Source: Dimorphilus gyrociliatus
Taxonomy: Eukaryota; Animalia; Annelida
Reading direction: 5' to 3'
Assembly: GCA_904063045.1 (NCBI GenBank)
Contig: CAJFCJ010000003.1
Coordinates: 2,156,504-2,220,503, forward strand
DNA length: 64,000 nucleotides
Positions 34,872 through 46,464 of the stretch are shown here, piece after piece (the stretch's first letter is position 1; each line of letters starts with the position of its first letter). The notes under the pieces are model-generated. The model ran no database searches. It was not told the DNA's origin and saw nothing but the letters and a program-made list of their open reading frames with translations. Position numbers and translations under genes: made by a program.

Positions 34872-35227
34872 GACTTGGGAAACATAAAATAACTGCTCTT
34901 CACGTTTAGATCAAAATAATCGCCCCCTAAAATTATTATAATAAAAAATTTTAATTATATTAAACCGATAATCTGCTTTAAAATTTGTTTATAAACTAAA
35001 AGTGACATAAAATAATAGAAAAATATGTTTTATATGACCTGCTTCATTTTCGTCCAAGCCGGAAATGATACATTCGATGTCATTTTCGTATTTAAAATTT
35101 TTTTTTTCTGAGATCGTCGTCATTTTTAAAATAATTAACTTACTAATAAAATATAAACTCAAAAATTAATCTGTAAACTAAAAATACGAATATTTCCATT
35201 AGTAACTTTTAAATCTTGTAGAAGGAA

Positions 35228-36259
35228 ATGAAAAGCGATTTTTGCTATAGATTAGTACTGCTTCTCATTTTTGTTGCTCAAATTAGAATGAATAAACCTA
35301 AGAAAAAATTACAAAAAATTCAGAGTTGGTTTAAAACTTCTTGGGACAAACAGAAAAGTAAATTAAAATCATTTAGAGAATCCTCATTTGGTTCAAGCCT
35401 TTCTATTGATGCTAACTCTCCTTCTTTGAGAGCACCAGCAAAGACTAAAATTTCCGATACAATAAGCGAAACGGAAGAAGTAGATTCAATACTTTACAAG
35501 ATTAAAAGTATTGGTGAAGATGGATTTCTCGAAATGTCACAATCAGAATTTAAAAAACTTAGGCGGATACTTAAATCTAAAAGAAAGAACTTAGAATCAA
35601 AATTGAAAGAAGTAGATGTAGATGTTGAGAAAAAGCAGACTTTAAACGCTCAAATACATGAAATACAAGGAATGGATAGATTCCTTCATGAGAAAACATT
35701 AGAAGGTTATGTTTGGTCATCAGTTTTACCGGGAATTGTTCAAATGTTAAGTTTAGGTATGGTAACTTGGCAAATATGTGAATCTGTCAGAATAGCTGAA
35801 GGTGGGTGCATGGGACTACCTAATCCAATAGAGAGAGTATCAGGTTTGGCCTTATTACCCGATGACCCCCTAAGTGCATGCCCAGACGTAATTTGCGGAG
35901 GGGTTTCTCAATATGATAATATTAGGTTTGGCAGCGAATACTTTGAAGGAAAAGACTTTGAGATTCTAACTGAGGATGAAGATCAGTTGGTCTTCGAAGG
36001 TAATGCAACTGACGAAAATAATAGATATCTTATTGCTGATGCTGATCCATTAGAGCTAGATATAGATTTATTAAAGTCCTATCATTTATCTTATACTTTC
36101 TATAATCTTTTACTGATATTAGTTTGTACTGGATTTGGATTAGTTTTTCTTAGTACATTATATGCTGTTTATACTAGAAGGAAGGGAATAAACATGAGCC
36201 AAACGACTTCGGCTGAATTCCGATCTTCTGACAGTTCCATTGATTTTCCAATATCTTAA
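35228..36259 (+). CDS. Uncharacterised membrane protein (coiled coil plus two predicted TM helices)
   Basis: 343-aa ORF with a Lys/Glu-rich coiled region and hydrophobic segments GIVQMLSLGMVTWQI and LLLILVCTGFGLVFLSTLYAV. The true start may be the later MNKPKK. Confidence 0.7.
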   Translation: MKSDFCYRLVLLLIFVAQIRMNKPKKKLQKIQSWFKTSWDKQKSKLKSFRESSFGSSLSIDANSPSLRAPAKTKISDTISETEEVDSILYKIKSIGEDGFLEMSQSEFKKLRRILKSKRKNLESKLKEVDVDVEKKQTLNAQIHEIQGMDRFLHEKTLEGYVWSSVLPGIVQMLSLGMVTWQICESVRIAEGGCMGLPNPIERVSGLALLPDDPLSACPDVICGGVSQYDNIRFGSEYFEGKDFEILTEDEDQLVFEGNATDENNRYLIADADPLELDIDLLKSYHLSYTFYNLLLILVCTGFGLVFLSTLYAVYTRRKGINMSQTTSAEFRSSDSSIDFPIS

Positions 36260-36401
36260 AGCTATCCGTCCCGAAATTGAACATTTTATAAATAACTCTG
36301 TAATCGGCATTACTTTAGTTCTTAATTAATTATATCATTTTTGCTAAGTTTCAAACAAAGACACTATCATCTTATCAAAAAAAAAATGGGAGGCAGGACT
36401 T

Positions 36402-36426
36402 GTCACATGACTCCAAATCACGTGAT
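36402..36426. promoter_or_regulatory. Tandem CLEAR/M-box elements upstream of fucosidase
   Basis: GTCACATGAC (36402-36411) and ATCACGTGAT (36417-36426), 50-75 nt before the ATG of a lysosomal hydrolase. Confidence 0.6.
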
Positions 36427-36475
36427 ACGCCTTTGTTATGTACTTTTTAGATAGTTGTTGAAGTGTCACAGAGAA

Positions 36476-38140
36476 ATGATTATTAAAATTTCGTGGCTTG
36501 CAAGCTTGCTTCTCGTTTTTGCTGAATGTCGTTATGAACCAAACTGGGACTCTCTAGACAGCCGACCCAATCCAGCTTGGTATGATGAGGCAAAGTTTGG
36601 GTAAATTCATGATATTTACATAAGTTTATTTTTTTATGAATAATAATATACCTTTTTTTATGAAAGAATATTCATACATTGGGGAGTTTTCTCCGTGCCA
36701 TCTTTCGGGAGCGAGTGGTAATTAAACATCCTACTTAAATCATACTTCTTATGCAGTATACATATTTGTCTATAAAGGTTCTGGAATTATTGGCATTCGG
36801 GTTCAAAGAGCTACGTTGACTTCGTAAAGTCTAATTATAGACCAGGATGGACATACGCAGATTTTGCAAAAGATTTTACTGCTGAATTTTATAATGCGAC
36901 TCAGTGGACAGAATTATTTAAAGATGCGGGAGCAAAATATATTGTACTTGTCACAAAGCATCACGAAGGATTTTGCAATTGGCCTACTAATGTATCTTTT
37001 AATTGGAATTCTAAAGCAGTTGGTCCAAATCGAGATCTTGTTGGTGAATTAGCCAATGCCATCAGAAAAAATTCCGATATTCATTTTGGTATTTACCATT
37101 CTCTCTTTGAATGGTTCAATCCTATCTATTTAGGTGACAAGGCCAGAAAATTTCAAACGCAAGAGTTTGTTAATGTAAGTTAGGTAATGCATTCGTTGTT
37201 GTGTTCCTACTCATTTCACTTTTGTCTTTTCAGGGGAAAACAATGCCTGAATTGTATGAACTGGTTAATAATTATAAACCTGATATTATTTGGTCTGATG
37301 GTGACGGTGGAGTCACCTATAAATACTGGAAAAGTGAAGAGTTCATTGCTTGGTTATTCAATGACAGCCCAGTCAAGGATACCGTTTTAACTAACGATAG
37401 ATGGGGAAGTGGTACTATGTGTAAACACGGTAGCTTTCTTACATGTGCTGATCGCTATGTTCCTGGTAAACCACTAAAGAAAAAATGGGAAAATGCTATG
37501 ACAATTGATAAACACAGCTGGGGTTATAGAAGAGAAGCCAAACTTGAAGATCTATTGAATATGGAAGATATTATTCAACTTTTTGTGAAAACCATAAGGT
37601 ATTATTGAGTAGTTTAATAATTAATAATATTTTAATATTTATGTTACTAGTTTGGGAGGTAACATGCTAATGAATGTTGGACCAACTCATGATGGAAGAA
37701 TTGCACCAATTTATGAAGAAAGATTGAGGGACTTTGGTCAATGGATGAAAGTAAATCAAGAAGGAATTTATGGCTCAAAAATTTGGACCAGTCAAAATGA
37801 TTCTCTAACTAGCGATGTCTGGTAAGTAATTAAATATTTTCTCACTTTTAAAAAATTTAACCGTCGCTCACAAAATAGGTATACGAAAAAAAATGACGCC
37901 GTTTATGCTTTCGTTTTAAAATGGCCGAATAATAATCAGCTTGCACTGGGAAGTGTTATCGGTAGGCAGGGTATGACCATTGAAATGATAGGGTATGGAT
38001 CCTTGTCGTGGAAATCAGCTTCAAGAGGTGTAATTGTAGATATGAATATTCCAGCCGTTAAGTTACCTTGCAGATGGGCTTGGGTTTTAAAAATTAAATA
38101 TCCTCGCAGAAAAATCATGAAAATGACTGTGATAAATTAA
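36476..38140 (+). CDS. FUCA: Alpha-L-fucosidase (GH29), multi-exon
   Basis: Signal peptide then [13 protein letters not shown]; WYDEAKFG|[12 protein letters not shown]; KHHEGF; WSDGD; VLTNDRWG; [17 protein letters not shown]. Confidence 0.96.
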
Positions 38141-38251
38141 AGTTTTTACCATATCAATTCAAATTTTCACTTTAGAAATAAATAGAAACAATTATAAATT
38201 AAATTTTATTTGTTAAATATCTTTTTGAAAAAGTTCAAGAGTCTCGTATAA

Positions 38252-39580
38252 TCATTGAAATCCATTTGCTTCAAAGACTAGGTTTACATTTTCTATCATT
38301 TTAACACTATACTTATCTTCTAGTATAGTGTCTTCAACATTTCTGTAGCAAATGTCTCCAAACATTCCTTTGCATTTCCTAAAATGAAATAACCTTCCAT
38401 CATTTTTGTGAACGTTGAGGACTAAGGATGTATTTTTAATGAACTTTGAAATATGATGAATTCCCATTTCAAAAATTCTGTCGGACTTTACTAAGCACTT
38501 TGACAGTTGTCTTGTTCCCTTTACAGTTCTTTGCTTAAAGGTCAGACTCCATAAAGTATCAGTCGTATATGCCGCCTTTTGCTGAAAATAAAAACATTCG
38601 AAACAGAAGCCATCTATATGATTATTGTCTAGTTTCTCCAACAAATGAGACCATTTATGTAATTGAGTAGGTATAATGAATTCATCCAAGTCTTGAAATA
38701 TCAAATATTCAACAGAGAACATAAATCTATATAAACAATCATGAATGGCTATGCTTTGACCATGATACCAGACTCTATTACTTATATCCTCCGGTAATTT
38801 CCAAGGAATAAGCTTGACAATATTTTCTCTTTTGTAGTATTTTAATATTTTCACCAGATTTTCTTCATAGGTTTCTGTAAAGTATATATAAAAAGTATTA
38901 GCGCCAAGGATTCTGTTTAATTCTATAAATTCAATAAATTTCACGTATTGAAAATCATTAAATAATGGTGGTATACAAATTCCAAATTTTCCTTTCCTGT
39001 TAGAGTTTTGACTAAATTGAACATTTAAACGTTCTCTATTCCCCTCTAAAGTAGTCAATTCAACTGTGCAAGGTATACCCAAATGATTTAACTCTCTGGG
39101 TATTGTACAAGAGAGAATATGACCTCCGAAAGTTCTTCTATGATTTTCGCACATTTCGTAATAGTCCGTTTTTGATTCATATGAATTATCATTATACCTA
39201 AACACACAATAAAGTTTAGGATGGACAGTTATTCGATTTAGAGATATTAATCGAATTAAAGGTTTTGTTCTATTGTCATAGAAGGCTGAGAAAATATAAA
39301 AATCTGAAAGAATTCTTGTAAATTTGTAGTTTTCTTCCTGTCTTTCACCCCAACAGTCACTTAATTGAGAATGATGCGAATAATCGTCTAGTGCTTCTCG
39401 TTTAGGAACATTTGGTTGTGATTCAGCTACATCTCGAAATATAACTTCATCTGGTGACTCAACATCGATCAGCGGCTTTCTAACTCTTCCCACAATATTT
39501 GAGAATATCCAAATAGCAATATAAAGACATATGATAACTATTATGTATAACTTTAGTGATAAACATTTCCACCTAAACAT
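38252..39580 (-). CDS. Glycosyltransferase family 92 (DUF23, GALT-1-like), type II membrane, intronless
   Basis: N-terminal TM anchor; FSAFYDNR; FGICIPPLF; EFIELNRILGA; YHGQSIAIHDCLYR; DLDEFIIP; SKCLV..MGIHH. Confidence 0.88.
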   Translation of the reverse strand: MFRWKCLSLKLYIIVIICLYIAIWIFSNIVGRVRKPLIDVESPDEVIFRDVAESQPNVPKREALDDYSHHSQLSDCWGERQEENYKFTRILSDFYIFSAFYDNRTKPLIRLISLNRITVHPKLYCVFRYNDNSYESKTDYYEMCENHRRTFGGHILSCTIPRELNHLGIPCTVELTTLEGNRERLNVQFSQNSNRKGKFGICIPPLFNDFQYVKFIEFIELNRILGANTFYIYFTETYEENLVKILKYYKRENIVKLIPWKLPEDISNRVWYHGQSIAIHDCLYRFMFSVEYLIFQDLDEFIIPTQLHKWSHLLEKLDNNHIDGFCFECFYFQQKAAYTTDTLWSLTFKQRTVKGTRQLSKCLVKSDRIFEMGIHHISKFIKNTSLVLNVHKNDGRLFHFRKCKGMFGDICYRNVEDTILEDKYSVKMIENVNLVFEANGFQ

Positions 39581-39760
39581 TTATCTTTAGATTACTTGTA
39601 AATTTTTTGTTCATTACTACCTGTTTCTTTTTTTATTATAGGTGGCGCTTATTTCCAGAAAGTTGAATTAGGCCTATGTCGCTTTTTTCAGTTAGTTATT
39701 AGAATTTAATATGGAAAATTATATTTAAATGATATAGCAATACATATTAGTATTTATAAA

Positions 39761-42700
39761 TTATTTCGGCTCATCGCTGATGAATTGTTTTTTTGCTTTT
39801 AAATTAGTTGGATTCTCTTCAGCTTTGTCTTTTCTTCGCTGTTTCCTCATTTTTCTTTTGTAGGTCTTCTGTTCAAGTTGGGCAATTTCGTCAGCAAAAA
39901 GCTCACCTAGAGCAGGATGGATCAAGGGTAATGTGTTTAAACTGGAGAATTTTACAGTCATGTTATCAAATGCTAGTCCCGCCTTTTCTTCTTCTGTTTG
40001 GTTACCTAACTTCGGAACTTTCGCATAACGCTGACTAAAATGAGTTAAGAGGGTAAATTTAGCACCCATTTTTCGTCCCATATTTAAAGCTTGGGTAGTC
40101 GTCGAATGACGCTTTGTTGCAGCCTCTTCTTCAAGTTCATCTTCCATAGTCGCCTCATGAATCAAAATGTCACAATCTTTCCCAGCATCCACTAAGCGAT
40201 CGCAGGGCATAGTATCTCCAGAATATACTAATTTCCATCCATCTATATGCTTAATTACTAAACCATGTGGATATTGTCGATGTACAACTGGCACTGTTTC
40301 AACCTTTAAAAACAAAGCCACAGTAAGGTACATACAAAATTAAAGATCATGCTGAACTAACGTCTTCTAAATCATGATTACGTAAAAATTCCTTATAGTA
40401 ATTTATATTTCGGTCTTCCAATCTATTCTTTCCTTTCAAAGATTCAGCGTAATGGAGTCTAATTGAAAGTTAAGAGTTTGATGAATTTCATGTTTACAAT
40501 AGTAACAACTTAAATTTAAAAAATTATTTATAAAGTCAATTGGAAACCTCAGTTTAACTTACTTAATAACTTCGGTCATTTTGTTATTCACGCATTCGCT
40601 GTCATAAACACTTAACCACTTTGAATATATTCCAGGAGCGACAATTGTCAGTTGAGGGCATATGGTTTCGTTGTTGCTAGTAAAAGCCTCACGTCTCTTA
40701 ATTACTAATTCAAAGACTCCCTATCAAAATAATTATTTTAGGAAGGATAATAAAAAATTATAACGAATTTTTTATTACCATGTGATGATCAGCATGCATG
40801 TGTGATATGAATACGAAACTTAAATTTCTCAGTATTTCGCCACATTTTTTCTCACCAAAGTGCCTATATAATTGACCGTATGTGCCTTCTCCGCAATCCA
40901 TAAGAATGTACTTAGATAGACTACTTTGCAGTAAAATAGAACTAACGTTTCTAACTTTATTTGGAAGTGAAGAGCCAGTTCCTAAAAAAGTTAAGCAGGG
41001 ATCGAAGCTTTCTTTAACTGGAGGAATTTTCAAAAATTAAAACTTTTAGAAATATCCTGTAATCTATATATATAGATATGTAATTATTTCTCGTTTTTAC
41101 TTTTTTTAGCTGATGTATAATTAAAGCACTGTTTCTTCACATCCGCCAATATTTTTAAACTCTCTGGAGTCTGAAACACTTCTTTTTTGTACTCTTCTGG
41201 CTTATATGTGATACATTTATCTCTAACAAAGCCTCTTTTTCCTTTTTTCCCACACCGAAAGACATATGTTAAATTAGATTCTGCCTCAATAAAATTATTA
41301 TTCTGATCTTGATAAACTCTGTCTCTCATCAGAGGCAGCGTAGGGAAAATATCCGAATTTATCATATTTAGCTGAGTTTGCAATTTACAAACTGCTTCAT
41401 AAGCAATATCACTATCAGTATTTTTCATGAGAAGGTGCTTAGTGTTTGGTCCAAAACTATTAAAAAAAAGTATTGAATACCTAATGATTTTAAGCTGTCA
41501 AATTTCACCTTTCCATCCATTCCCTATACTTGGCATTGTTGACGACATTTCTTGGTGTAAAATGAATTATCAGTTCGGAATGATTATCGCTATTATTGTC
41601 AGTGTAAGCTTTGAGTTGTTGATTATCAACAAGTGAATCCAGATAATTAGCACTAGGACATTCAATAACTGAAGAATAATGTATTTCTTATATACGGTAT
41701 AACTTATTTTAATTTTTATAAATATTTTATTTACCTATAAAAGTGCTGACAGGTTCCGGTGGCGACAAAACTTGTTCAGGATTAATCTATTATATCGTTG
41801 AAAGTTAATGACTTTTATTTCAAACACAAGCTAAAATACCAACTATATTGCCATTTTCAAGAGTAACACTTTCACCATTTTTTAACTTTGCAACAAGAGG
41901 TCCACTAAACAAAAATATTTTACTTCATGTAATGCTTACTGTACAAAAGTCTTTAACTTACAGCGTTAAGCCGACATCAACGCATTTCTCTAGATCGACA
42001 TTTCTAGGTTTTGGGTGAGGCTGAGCGAAATAATATGAAAGTTAAGCTTGTTTGAATTATGAATTAATTATATTAACTAACTTTGCAAACGTAAACAATA
42101 CTTGAGTTTAAAATTTTTGAGGACTGGACGTTTCCAAATTCAAGGGCATCTACAAACCAATATAAGATTGTATATCATGTAAAAGAGTGAATATTACCCA
42201 CATTGCACAGAGTTTTCTTGTTTATCAGAGCATATTTCTTTTGATTGTTTTAGAGTGCTAAGGTTAACTTCGGGCTCTGATGAAAATATTGGAATCTCAT
42301 ATATCCTCATAGCTTCATCCTCATAAAAATTATCTTCAGTCAGATTTACTTTTTCTGTTTAAATTAGTTCAACTATTAGTCAGATTTCAAGATTAAATGA
42401 GCCTAAATTTAGTAATTTAAAGAAATAGATCACCTATTTGTAATTGATGCAATTGAGCGAAACCTTTTGATTCAGAAAATAAGGTATCCTAAAGAGAAAT
42501 TAATTGACAAGATGTTATGAAAATCTTTTATTACCAAACTTACCACATTAGGAGGTCCGTGTAAATTTACTTTTGGAACTTTGCAACCTTCCAATGTTAA
42601 AGCCATACCAAGTAGCCCGCCTATATTTTTCCAACTCTTATGAGTGACAAGGACATTTTCTATTCGGGTAATTTTCGCCCTAAAATCCGTTTAATAATTA

Positions 42701-43081
42701 ATTAAACATAGGAATTACAACTGAGGCTTACTTATGTTCAATGCATAGTCTTTGAGTTCCTTCGCCACAGTTGAATAGATATCTGAAAATTAACATTTCA
42801 ACACTAATTCTCTTTGTCGAAAGACTTAAAATAACTTTTTAACAAGTTTTAGTATAGAATAGAACTGACTTAACATAATCTGTATCCACATATACAGAAG
42901 GAGACGTTCCGAAACTTCCTGATGCAACTACGTGTATGTCTATTTTAGATGGGGCATCTAACTTTCCTTGCCGTTGTTCCTTATACTTTAAATGTTTCAA
43001 TTGAAAAGAGCTGAGAGATTTGTCACCCTTATTCATCATCAAAATTGCTTGGTTCAATTTTCGTAGAGAATTTCGATACAT
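39761..43081 (-). CDS. ELAC2: Long-form RNase Z (tRNA 3' processing), multi-exon
   Basis: YLFNCGEGTQR across an intron; TFLGTGSSLP; ILMDCGEGTYGQL; ISHMHADHH; VYSGDTMPC; LIHEATMED; HST; LTHFSQRY. Confidence 0.94.
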
Positions 43082-43652
43082 ATAGAACGAAGTTTTAAAA
43101 TGAGCCTTCGGTCATTTCCAGTTACTTGATGCAATCTAAATCACGTGGTTTGTATTATCGCTCAGTTCGAAAAAACATTCACTCAACAAATGATATGACC
43201 GGTTCTGATGTACCGGTCAGATTACTTCAATAACTCTTTAATAAATGTTTCTGAAAACAATTTTGTTTTCTTTTATAAAGTACAAGACATTAATTTACAG
43301 TACTTTTTCTGGTTAATTAGACTTTATCAGATAATTTCAAAGAATTTAACTTCTCTAATATGGAACGAACCTAGTGATTTTCTACAAATTTCCAAAGATA
43401 AAATAAACTAATTTTCAAACAATTTTTCAGAAAATACAAAAGAATAACTATTTTGAAGATTTTAATTATGATTTGATATAAAATAAAGCTCCATTTATTG
43501 TGCTACTTTTGGATAGCGTATAAATATTCGAAAGCCTTTTTAATTTTTCGGCTGCTATATACGACATTTTGTACACTCAGCGAATCAGTAACGTCCCAGT
43601 CAGCGATCACCGGATTATAGTCAAATTTTCATCTTTCAATTGATGCCGTAGA

Positions 43653-44619
43653 ATGTTGATTACAAAGCTATGTCTAACTCTCATTCACTTTTGTATAACA
43701 GCTAATCGTTTTGTGGTGTCTTTCATAAAACGACTAGAAACAAGTTGGCCCGTTCATATATACAACTCTTTTTATATAAAGAATTATCCCTCAAAAATGA
43801 ACCATGCTCCAGAGCATTTAGCAATAGTTGTTCTCGAGGATAGCATTTCTTTTCAGAAACTCAGTCAAATCATTTCGTGGTCTGGGTTGGCTGGAATTCG
43901 TTATGTTACGCTATTTGATCCAAAAGGTATTTTTATCAGAATAGAACGTGTTAATGGACAATAAATTAAAAGCAATAGTATTCTTTAATTTTTAGGCATT
44001 ATTAAAAGAAGCAAAGACGAAATAGAATATCAATTAAGAAAGAGAAGTTTACTGAGTTCAAGTGAGAAGAAAGTAAATTTCGTTTTTCATACTACTACTG
44101 TTCAGAATAAAAATGGTAAAAAGTTTTCTATTATCTATTGAATAAATAATAAGGTTTTTAACTATAAAGGTTATGACACAAATACAACTAACGTTATCCT
44201 GTTATCAAGAGAAGACAATCAAAGAAAATTGGTTAACGTTTCTAGGCAGTTGTGCGATAATACACAACATTCGGAAGTAAATGTTGAATACATAGACGCC
44301 CTGCTCAAAAGTACTTAGGCTAATTTCTGTTAATATCAATTAACAAAATTAACACTTAAAAATTTTTTAGATGTCTTTCAATTTCCGGATCCAAATGTAA
44401 TTTTTAATTTTGGCAATGTTAGCTGCTTGGCAGGATTTCTCCCGTGGCATATAAGGCTATCAGAGATAATGTATAAGCCTTTATATAAAATAAAAGTCAG
44501 TTTTTTTCATCTCTTTTATTGTTTCCAGATCTTTTGATACAATGAAAAATTTGGATTACTCTTCATTTCAATCCAATCTAGAAAAGTTTCATAAGATAGA
44601 GAAGCGATTTGGCAAATAA
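43653..44619 (+). CDS. NUS1: cis-prenyltransferase subunit NUS1/NgBR, multi-exon
   Basis: PEHLAIVV; LAGIRYVTLFDPKG; PDPNVIF.FG..LAGFLPWHIRLSEI; C-terminal EKRFGK*. Confidence 0.9.
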
Positions 44620-44839
44620 CTTAAATCGAAAATTGTTTTGTTATGAGTAACTTTTGTTGAAATAATTGAATATTCCGTCTGTTCTTTTTCTCATTCTCAA
44701 TTATATATATGCCCTAATAAAAGCAAAAATAATTGAAACTAACTAATAGCAAACAAAAAAGGGAATTCATAATATAAAAATCTTTGAAATGTATTTTGAC
44801 CATTTGAAAAACATGTCATTTACTGTACACTTATCTTGT

Positions 44840-46347
44840 TTAGATATTAATGACTCTACTCAATTTTTGCATCCTGTTTAGTAGAATATCGCCTTGCTTT
44901 ATTGTAGCCTAACAGATAAAAATAAGAGCTATTACACCAGCATATGCAGTCAACGATAAATTTACCTGATATTGCCAATTCTTGCTGTCTGGTCTATTTG
45001 TCTCAACAATTCCATTTGCCTTATCAATCTTACAGTGCAAGCGTCCTTGAGAAATGAAGCGTGATAATTCCCTGAAAAATGTTATATTTTAAAATAGTAT
45101 AAAAAATCTGACTAAAGTACCTATCAATAAAGTCTTCACCAACACCAAAAGCGTCTGACATATACTTTAGAGTCAAAGACCGATAGCTTTCCAAGAGTTG
45201 GGAGTATGCTTTTATTCTCATTTCTCTTACGTAGTAATGTGCATGGGATGACAAGAGACGATCGTTCAGCATCATTTGCTGGGCGTATACTGTAAAACAG
45301 TTAAAAATTTAGTAATATATAGGTAGATTAATTTTTTTAATTTCTTACGAAGGCATTTGAAAAAATCATCATAACGACACTCATAAAGGGATGACAAAAA
45401 ATCCTTAACGTCTGGAAGAGAGTGTAGGACTTCTTGTATTTCAGAACCTGAATAAAATTTTGATATTAAAGCTCAAATTAAAAAAAGGTCCATTTACCTT
45501 TAATAACTTTTTCCCTTAGATCTGGCCTATCAAGCGCAATAACAGAGCATAGAATAGTGTATGTGACGAATTGCTTATAATCCATCAATTCGTATGATGT
45601 AAACGTCGCAACAGCATCAAGAAATAATTTAGCGGCATTGGGAAAGTCCCTAATGGACATTTTGTAGACAGCTTTATACACTTTTAATCTATTTCTTCTA
45701 TCCCAGTCACCACCCTCCTCAATGAGCGAAGTAGCTTTTTCAACCTGCTGGTTTATCAAATCATGATCCATATAGAATAGCCCAATACGGATCAGATGAA
45801 AACATAGATCCAACTTTAAGCCTAGAGTAACTGTTTTATCGCCAGCCTTTTGAAAAGCAGTCAGAGCCCCCTCCTGAAAAATGAAAATAAAAATTTAAAA
45901 TATATTACATCGTTTATTCATTATTAAAAATAGGATCTTACTTTATCTCCAATTTTACAAATGTATTCAGCCTTGGCAGTTAGTGCTTCTCTTACTTCTG
46001 ATTCTCCTAAATTTTGCTCTGCATCTTCAATATTACTCTCTAATTTTTTAATATCTTCTTCGTTTTTCGTTTTCATTTTTTGTAATAGAGTTGTATCAAT
46101 ATCCCAACCCAGATCGTTGCAAACCGATTCATAAAAAGGTGCCATATCTGTTTACAATATAGAGATGTAACATAGCATGACTAGTAAAAAAACGGAACTC
46201 ACTATCTTCAGTAATAGCGTCTAGTAATTGCTTTTTAATCGATCCATTGTCTTTAAATTCAGGCTTTGACAAGATAAACCTAAATTGTGCTAGTTCTAAT
46301 CGAGGGTTTTTTGATAAACCTTGTTCTTCTAAATTTTCGGCTGGCAT
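44840..46347 (-). CDS. PSMD6: 26S proteasome regulatory subunit Rpn7, multi-exon
   Basis: [15 protein letters not shown]; [13 protein letters not shown]; [13 protein letters not shown]; [22 protein letters not shown]; C-terminus [13 protein letters not shown]. Confidence 0.97.
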
Positions 46348-46464
46348 ATTTGTAATATCGCTCAAGAATGACGAAATATATCTGATCGGAAACTGGTATA
46401 TTATTGCAATCCTCCTCTATTAACACTCAAAGTGATTAGCTTTTCCAGATTAATAAAAAATATT

